Below, piece by piece: positions 53,890 through 61,000 of a stretch of DNA of 64,000 nt; position 1 is the stretch's first letter; every line of letters begins with the position of its first letter. This DNA is from an uncultured Bacteroidales bacterium. GTDB taxonomy: Bacteria > Bacteroidota > Bacteroidia > Bacteroidales > WCHB1-69. The translations under genes were made by a program, and so were the position numbers. The DNA lies in assembly GCA_905235135.1 (NCBI GenBank), contig CAJOKR010000004.1, positions 25,027-89,026 of the forward strand, read 5' to 3'. The notes below the pieces were generated by a model that was not told the DNA's origin, ran no database searches, and worked only from the letters and a program-made list of their open reading frames with translations.

Positions 53890-55182
53890 CTACTTGCTGT
53901 AATACTGTATCACCTTCTCCAAAGCCTCGCGACAGACGGGACAGAAATCGTTGTAGCGGATGCTGTTCATCGTGCAGTGCATGGTCGGACGATAGACCCC
54001 CTTGGCTACGTAACCGCCTCCTTCATAGACACCTACGCGGTCGTAGTCGGGATGATTTTTGGTCACGGGAGGAGTAGGGATGGGCGTACCCTTCTGGATT
54101 TTGTCGGCCCATTTGGAGTCGAAATCGACCAGCGTGGTGAGATTGGGCTCCGTAGGTTCGATGCCAGCAGGGTAGAAATCCTGCACGGAAACCTCGGAAG
54201 TGTAGTACTCGTCAGCCAAACCGCCAATGAGATGCCCCATCTCGTGAACCACCACATAATCAGGATATTGGCCGTGGTTATAGACGGTACAGTAGAAGTT
54301 GTAAATGCCGCCGCCGCCGTATTTTTCACTGTTGCAGATGATGATGATAGCATCGTAAGGCGCATCATCAGCCACCTCATGCAGATTCCACACACCCGGA
54401 CACATCAGATAACGATCGAGGTCGAGGGCATTATAAGTACAGTTAAGCAACGTCTTGACATAAAAGTCGTTCTGCGGCTGCGTAATGCCCGATTGTTCCG
54501 AATAACCCATGATGGCGCGAATATTCACATGTTTGCGATATTCCTTATACGGCGTGCAATTCATCACATACTTGGCAAACCTTTTCATATCGTATTTGAG
54601 CGTCTTGGCATCGCTTTTGGCGTAACCGTCGGGGATGAAAAGGATGTCGATGGCGTTGTCCGGCGAATTACCCTTGTGCAAATTCATGACAGCATACTCC
54701 TTTTTGGCCATCTGTACGGGCAAGTTGGCAGGATCCAACACCGTGTCTTTCAGTACGGTAGCCTCCCGTTTGCGATTGTAAGAGGTAAGGCGCACGCGCA
54801 CAGGCTGTTTCGGCATCGGCATATTGACGCATTCCTCCATTTGGGCGATTTCCGTCTCGCCGCGTTCGGTCGTGCGGTACTCCGTAAAGAGGCAGGAGTA
54901 GCTACGGCTGAAGATCAGCTTCTGCGAGGCTTGGTCGAGAACTTCGATGAGAAGGTCGCCATAATGGTAAGGCTCCACCAACTGCGACCGCGTGCCGTTC
55001 CAATGGTTCACCAACGTGAAATGATCAATCTGCATCTGCTCCACATCCTTGTTTCCAATATGCAGATAACTGATTCTCAACGTTTTGTCAACAAAATAAT
55101 CGTCAAAATGTTGGGCCTGGGCAAAACCAAATCCGCACAGAATGATTAACAATGTTGCGAATAATCTTTTATGGGAATTCAT
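53890..55182 (-). CDS. M64-family (IgA-peptidase-like) zinc metallopeptidase
   Basis: Signal peptide, ...VVHEMGHLIGGLADEY... (HExxH plus the downstream E), and ...YEGGGY... Confidence 0.8.
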   Translation of the reverse strand: MNSHKRLFATLLIILCGFGFAQAQHFDDYFVDKTLRISYLHIGNKDVEQMQIDHFTLVNHWNGTRSQLVEPYHYGDLLIEVLDQASQKLIFSRSYSCLFTEYRTTERGETEIAQMEECVNMPMPKQPVRVRLTSYNRKREATVLKDTVLDPANLPVQMAKKEYAVMNLHKGNSPDNAIDILFIPDGYAKSDAKTLKYDMKRFAKYVMNCTPYKEYRKHVNIRAIMGYSEQSGITQPQNDFYVKTLLNCTYNALDLDRYLMCPGVWNLHEVADDAPYDAIIIICNSEKYGGGGIYNFYCTVYNHGQYPDYVVVHEMGHLIGGLADEYYTSEVSVQDFYPAGIEPTEPNLTTLVDFDSKWADKIQKGTPIPTPPVTKNHPDYDRVGVYEGGGYVAKGVYRPTMHCTMNSIRYNDFCPVCREALEKVIQYYSK

Positions 55183-55201
55183 ATCTATAATTTATTGATA
55201 A

Positions 55202-55636
55202 TCAAATTTGTATTTCTTTTTTACGTATCCCGAACTCCATCCCTTTCTCCACGGATTTTCCCGCTGATTTGAGAATGAGGTAATAGATGACGACCCCGAG
55301 GACACCGACGCCGACACTAAGCAGCTCTTTGCCGGTGAGGGCGTAGCAGCCGAATAGCATCACAAGGAGGACAAGAAGCGGCAGCACGTAGGCCAAAATC
55401 ACAGCCTTGTTGCCCGCGGAAGTCTCCAACAGCAGTTCCACGGTCTCCCCCACCTGATACTCTTCATAACGGGTGTTCTTGACGGTGATGACCTCCTTCC
55501 GACGGTCGGAGGGGATGCAGATACTCTTGGCGTGGCAGCCGCTACATGCGGAACTTACGATGATTTCCACGCTAATTTCGTCGCCATTGATGGCGCGGAT
55601 GATGCCTTCGCGGCAGATATTGGTTTCTTCGTTCAT
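55202..55636 (-). CDS. RseC/MucC-family (SoxR-reducing system) protein
   Basis: ...EGIIRAINGDEISVEIIVSSACSGCHAKSIC... followed by two TM helices. Confidence 0.65.
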   Translation of the reverse strand: MNEETNICREGIIRAINGDEISVEIIVSSACSGCHAKSICIPSDRRKEVITVKNTRYEEYQVGETVELLLETSAGNKAVILAYVLPLLVLLVMLFGCYALTGKELLSVGVGVLGVVIYYLILKSAGKSVEKGMEFGIRKKEIQI

Positions 55637-55637
55637 A

Positions 55638-57008
55638 TCACTGGAATAATAAACGTGCCATCTCCTCCACCTTCGTGATGGGGACGATTTGCAGGCTGTA
55701 GTCCGAGGGGCGGATGCCTTTGAGGTTGTACTTGGAGACGAACATGCGGGTAAATCCTAACTTGTCGGCCTCGGCAATACGTTGGGCGATGCGCGTCACG
55801 GGACGTACCTCACCACTCAGCCCCATCTCGCCCGCAAAACAGGTCTTGTTGTCAAGAGCAATATCGGTGGCCGATGACAGGATGGCCGCCACGATGGCCA
55901 CATTGATGGCCGGGTCCTCCACCCGCAGACCGCCCGCGATGTTCAAAAAGACGTCCTTGGCACCGAGTTTGAACCGGCAGCGCTTTTCCAACACGGCCAG
56001 CAGCATGTTCATCCGGCGGATGTCGTAACCCGTGGCAGAACGTTGCGGCGTGCCATACACGGCACTGCTGACCAGCGCCTGCGTCTCAATCATCATCGGT
56101 CGGTTGCCCTCCAAAATGCAGGCGATAGCATTACCGCTGTAGTCCTCTTCGTGCTGGGAAACTAAGATTTCCGAAGGATTCTGCACCTCCCGCAACCCAT
56201 CTTGCAGCATTTCGAAAATACCCAATTCGGAGGTGGAACCAAATCGGTTCTTGATGCAGCGCACCATGCGGTATCCGTAATGCTGGTCGCCCTCAAACTG
56301 CAACACCGTATCCACGATGTGCTCCAACAGCTTCGGACCCGCGAGGGAACCATCCTTGGTGATGTGGCCGATAAGGAACACGGGACAGGCGGTACGTTTG
56401 GCAAAATGCTGAAACTCAGCCGCGCACTCCTTCAGTTGCGAAATAGAACCTGCCGCCGATTCCAACAGATCGCTCTGCATCGTCTGGATGGAATCGACGA
56501 TGAGAATATCGGGTTGCAAAGAGTCTATGTGCTTGAAAATCTGCTGGGTGCTGGTTTCGGTGAGCACATAGCAGTGGGGTGCAGGATCACTCGACAGACG
56601 GGCGGCCCGCATCTTAAGCTGTGCCTCGCTCTCCTCACCGGAGACGTAAAGCACCTTTTGCCCATGCAGGCGAAGGGCCATCTGCAGCAGCAGGGTGGAT
56701 TTACCGATACCCGGCTCGCCGCCCAGCAGCACGATGGAACCTTTCACAATGCCGCCACCCAGCACACGGTCGAATTCTGCAAAGCCAGTCTCCGTGCGCG
56801 GAAAACGGGTCAATTCGATGTCATCTATCACCTTCGGAGCACTCTGCACAACGGGCGAAAAACGGCCTTTTTGGGCCGTTGCAGACTCTTGAAGGATAAC
56901 TTCCTCCTCGAAGGTATTCCACTCGTTGCATTCAGGACAGCGGCCCAGCCATTTCGCCGACTGTGCCCCGCAGTTCTTGCAATAGTACATCGTTTTACTC
57001 TTCGCCAT
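55638..57008 (-). CDS. radA: DNA repair protein RadA/Sms
   Basis: MAKSKTMYYCKNCGAQSAKWLGRCPECNEWNTF (zinc finger), GGEPGIGKSTLLLQ (Walker A), KNRFG, and a Lon-like C-terminus. The start is at 57008. Confidence 0.9.
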   Translation of the reverse strand: MAKSKTMYYCKNCGAQSAKWLGRCPECNEWNTFEEEVILQESATAQKGRFSPVVQSAPKVIDDIELTRFPRTETGFAEFDRVLGGGIVKGSIVLLGGEPGIGKSTLLLQMALRLHGQKVLYVSGEESEAQLKMRAARLSSDPAPHCYVLTETSTQQIFKHIDSLQPDILIVDSIQTMQSDLLESAAGSISQLKECAAEFQHFAKRTACPVFLIGHITKDGSLAGPKLLEHIVDTVLQFEGDQHYGYRMVRCIKNRFGSTSELGIFEMLQDGLREVQNPSEILVSQHEEDYSGNAIACILEGNRPMMIETQALVSSAVYGTPQRSATGYDIRRMNMLLAVLEKRCRFKLGAKDVFLNIAGGLRVEDPAINVAIVAAILSSATDIALDNKTCFAGEMGLSGEVRPVTRIAQRIAEADKLGFTRMFVSKYNLKGIRPSDYSLQIVPITKVEEMARLLFQ

Positions 57009-57028
57009 AGGTGTTAGATTTAGGACGG

Positions 57029-57036
57029 CAAAGATA
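57029..57036 (-). promoter_or_regulatory. -7 box TATCTTTG upstream of radA
   Basis: The minus strand reads TATCTTTG 21 nt upstream of ATG 57008. Confidence 0.4.
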
Positions 57037-57044
57037 AAAAAAAA

Positions 57045-57061
57045 GCCCGTCGGTGACGGGC
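57045..57061 (-). terminator. rho-independent (bidirectional-type) terminator after the PepSY-like gene
   Basis: GCCCGTC-ggt-GACGGGC is flanked by an A9 run upstream and a T6 run downstream. Confidence 0.6.
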
Positions 57062-57068
57062 TCATTTT

Positions 57069-57488
57069 TTAATCATCTGCTCCCATGAAACCTCCGTTTT
57101 TGTCAAAGACCAGATCGAGGTCATTATCCATCTCCACCTCATAGCGTCTGTGCTCGTATTTGACGTGGGTCGGAAAATTCATGGGGAACTTGGCGGCAAG
57201 GTATTGAGCCGTATTGGGAAGGAGAATGCCGGCGGGCAGCGGGTTCATTCCACAATCGACCTCTTTCCACTGTCCGTTGCATTTGAATTCTATCTCTGTG
57301 CCATCGAACAGCAGCACGTCGTATTTGAAACCGTCTTTCCGAACAGAAAGGATTTCCACACCGTTGAAATGGGCGGCAACAAATTGTTTCGCCTCATTGG
57401 GCAACTTGTCAACGGAGACCGTCCGATCGCACGACGCAAACGTCCCCAACATGAAAACACCCAATAATATTGCAATAATCTTTTTCAT
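57069..57488 (-). CDS. PepSY-like domain protein (paralogue 1)
   Basis: The product has a lipoprotein-like leader, LPNEAKQFVAAHF..., ...GQWKEVDC... and ...YEVEMDNDLDLVFDKNGGF. It is 139 aa, the same length as its neighbour. Confidence 0.75.
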   Translation of the reverse strand: MKKIIAILLGVFMLGTFASCDRTVSVDKLPNEAKQFVAAHFNGVEILSVRKDGFKYDVLLFDGTEIEFKCNGQWKEVDCGMNPLPAGILLPNTAQYLAAKFPMNFPTHVKYEHRRYEVEMDNDLDLVFDKNGGFMGADD

Positions 57489-57534
57489 AAACGATTCATT
57501 TTAACCGAATAACCGTGTAACCGCGTAACCAACA

Positions 57535-57954
57535 TCAATCATCAGCATACAGAAAATTCCCGTTCTTGTCGAACTTCAACTCCAAATCATTTTCGAGTTC
57601 AATGTCGTAGCCATTGTATTTTTTCTCAATCTTGGTGATGATATTGTTCGGGAAATTGGTTTTCACATATTGCGCGATGCCTGCAGGCACGAGAGCGGCC
57701 GGAACCGCACGCACGTGGCAATCCACATCTTTCCAGTCGCCCTGGAGGGTGAACTCAATTTTGGTGCCATCCTTCAGCATCACCTCATACTCGCCATCAT
57801 CCTGCTTGGCGGAAAGGAAACCCACACTACTGAAATGCTTGTTGATGAACTGCTGCGCCTTCTGCGGCAGCTGCGCGAACGTAACCGGAATGTCAGTGTT
57901 CGCATAAACATTGAGCGCAATCACACTCAACAGTAACAGAAATATTTTTTTCAT
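57535..57954 (-). CDS. PepSY-like domain protein (paralogue 2)
   Basis: LPQKAQQFINKHF..., ...GDWKDVDC..., ...YDIELENDLELKFDKNGNF. Confidence 0.75.
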   Translation of the reverse strand: MKKIFLLLLSVIALNVYANTDIPVTFAQLPQKAQQFINKHFSSVGFLSAKQDDGEYEVMLKDGTKIEFTLQGDWKDVDCHVRAVPAALVPAGIAQYVKTNFPNNIITKIEKKYNGYDIELENDLELKFDKNGNFLYADD

Positions 57955-57992
57955 TGCTATACTTTTTTAAGATGAACAATCAATTCCGACGG

Positions 57993-58000
57993 CAAAAATA
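57993..58000 (-). promoter_or_regulatory. -7 box TATTTTTG
   Basis: The minus strand reads TATTTTTG 39 nt upstream of ATG 57954. Confidence 0.4.
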
Positions 58001-58020
58001 CAAAAAAGATTAATTCAAAA

Positions 58021-58044
58021 AAGGGAGCCCTTTCGAGCTCCCTT
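58021..58044 (-). terminator. rho-independent terminator after the giant surface-protein gene
   Basis: AAGGGAGC-8 nt-GCTCCCTT. On the minus strand it is followed by T6. Confidence 0.55.
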
Positions 58045-58070
58045 TCAGAACATAATATGTCGTTCTTACA

Positions 58071-61000
58071 TTACTTCATCAGAACAACCTTGTAGTTGGC
58101 AACACCCTTGTCGGTGGTGACATTCACCATGTAGGTGCCGGCAGCCACATTGAGGCTGATGACCTCGTGCGTGGTGTTCACAGAACCGCTGTAGATCAGC
58201 TTGCCGTAAGCGTCGAAGATGCGGACATTGTCGATGTTCATACCCTCGTTGTTGAGGATGTGGACATTCTGATGCTCACCATAAACCTTGATGTTGTTCT
58301 TCACAAGGTCTTCGATACCAGTTTCGTCGATCGTGGTGTTGTCGGTCTGGAAGGACACCATGTTAGCCCAATCGCTGTGGTTGTTGCCAGCGCAGATAGC
58401 CTGGACTTGCCACAGATAGGTAGCACCCGGAGTCAAACCAGTCAGCTGATAGCTGTTACCAGAAACGTTAGCGATAGTAGTGAAGTTGCTGGTCGGGTTC
58501 TTGTACTGGATATTGAAGGTCGTTGCAGTCGGGTGAGACCAGTGCAGCATTGCGGAAGTGCTGTCAATATGCGTGTACAAGAAAATCGGAGCCTCACATT
58601 CAGCCGCAGCGAAGGTGACGTTGATGGTGTGGTTAGCGACCACGTTGGTGAAGACGTAAGAGGTCGGAGCACCGATGCTCATACCGTCAACCGTCACTTG
58701 AGCAACCACATAACCATTGGCCGGGGTGAAGGTATAGGCCTGAGAACCACCGTGGTTCACTGTCGTGTTGCCACTCGGCGAAATCGTACCGTTAGAACCG
58801 GCAGAAGCAGCGATGGTGTAGGTCTTGGCCGTCATCGTGGCCGTGATGGTCTGGTTGGAGTTGATAGCGGCGAAGGTGTAGGTGTAAGTACCGTTCACAT
58901 TCGGGACGTTGTTCAGGTTCACGTTAGAACCGTTCACAGCGATAGAAGCGACATTGTAACCGATAGCAGGAGTAATCACGAAGGAAGGCGTAGCACCGTA
59001 GAGGACGGTGGTCGTACCCGGCGTGATCGTACCATGGTTCGGTTGGGTCACCGTGACCGTGTACTCATTAGCGGCGAAGGCAGCGTAAATCGTGTGGTTG
59101 GCGGTAACGCCCGTGAAGCTGTAAGAAGTCACAGCACCCACAGAAATACCATCCACGAAGACATCGCTCACATGATAACCGCTGTTAGCAGAAATCGTGT
59201 AGGTCTTGTCGCCGTTGTAAGCAACCGTAGAAGCACCGGCAGGAGAAATCGTACCGCCGTTGCCAGCCGTAGCCGTGATCGTATAGACGTTAGCGGCGAA
59301 GGTAGCAGCGATGGAATGATCAGCCGTCAGAGCCGGGAAGGTGTAGGTGGAAACTGCACCGATAGAAGTACCGTCAACCGTCACGTCGGCAATGCTGTAA
59401 CCAGCTTCCGAAGTGATCGTGAAGGTCGGGGTAGCACCGTAAGCGTAAGAAGCCGTAGCAGGCGTGATAGTGCCGTGAGCACCAGCATTCACCGTGATTT
59501 CGAAGGACATTGCAGCGAAGGTTGCGCTGATAGCGTGGTCTTCCTCAATGTTGAAGAACGGAACAGTGAAGGTGGTCAGACCGTCCTCCTGAGTGAAGTT
59601 GTAGGTCGTACCGTCGTATGTCACGGAAGCGATGTAATAACCAGCGTTAGCGGTAATCACATATTCAGCATTCTGATGATAGAAGTAGCTGGAAGCACCT
59701 GCCGGGGAAATGGTACCGTTAGCACCGCAAGTAGCCGTAATCGTGTAGGTATTCTGCACGAAGAACACTTCATAGTTGTAATCGCTGGTGATGTTGGTCA
59801 GCGTGTCGGTGAAGGTTTCAGCAGGATTAGCCACAGTCAAGGCCTCGTTGTTGCGAGTCAGCGTACCGATACGATAGCCGTCAGCAGGAGTAGCGGTGAA
59901 GACATAGGTGTAATCCGGATCGTAATCGAACTCAGCACCTTCGGAAACAGTACCGTTGCCGTAACCAGCCGTCGTGATGACATAGTGGTTCACAGCGAAG
60001 GTCACCACCACCGTGTGAGTGCCGAACAGATGCTCGAAGGAGTAAGATTCAATGTTGTTATGCTCAACACCGTCAATGATGATGCTGGCAACATGATAGC
60101 CCGGAGCGGGAACAATCGTGCTGAACAGATCTGAGTAACCAGGCAGCGTAGCCGTGTAAACAGCCGGCAGCGGGGTGTTGGCATCCACCACAAACTCGTT
60201 GTTGATGACACCTTCACCGCCTTCCACCGTGTAGATGATAGTGGTGCTGTCGAGGTCAACCAAAACGGTGATGTCCTTGTCCTCCATCACCGAAGAGAGC
60301 GTCAACGTGTATTGGTTGTTGCCGAGCGGAGTGACGAATTCGGTGTAGTCCATGCCATTGACCAAGACACTTTCGAAATGGAAGTTCGGCAGGACGGTGA
60401 TGACACCGGTGTGGGTGCCGCCATGAGCCACCGTTTCGTGGGCAGGCGTATAGATGGCACCGGGAGCGTTGTTGTTGTACTCCGTGACATACAAGTTGCT
60501 CACCGTGGCGTTCACCTCGTAGTTGTTCGGGGCGAATGTGACGAGGTAAGAATAGTGCTGTTGAGGAACAATCGTGAAGAAATCAACAGCGGCATTGTTG
60601 GGGTTCTCTCCTCTCAAAAGTTCCCACTCGTCATTGCCAAGATTACGGTAGATTCCGGACACGTGATAGCCCTCGTTAGCGGTCATGATGAAAGTAGCCT
60701 CTTCATTTACGGGCACGAGGTATGAAACCATATTAGGAACAGAAAGCATGGCCACTTTGTCATTCGCAATCACATCTGCAGTACCATTTCCATCGGTGAA
60801 GACAAGAACCGTCTTACCGACTTTCAGCGAGACATTGTCAATGCTGAAACCATCAGAACCGGCATCGCTTTCCGCTTTGAAAATCAGGTGTGCGTTCGTG
60901 AGAACAGGATGCGTGGATTCTAAATCAACGTAGTTCGTTCTCTCCGTCACATGGACATACTCCGTGTTGTTGAAAACTTTGGTGGAGATGAGTCTCTCAT

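Noticed and set aside
57069-57954. The tandem PepSY-like paralogues were considered as something unusual.
   Set aside because: This is an ordinary tandem gene duplication. Both copies are intact at 139 aa and are clearly diverged at the DNA level, and such pairs are common for this family.
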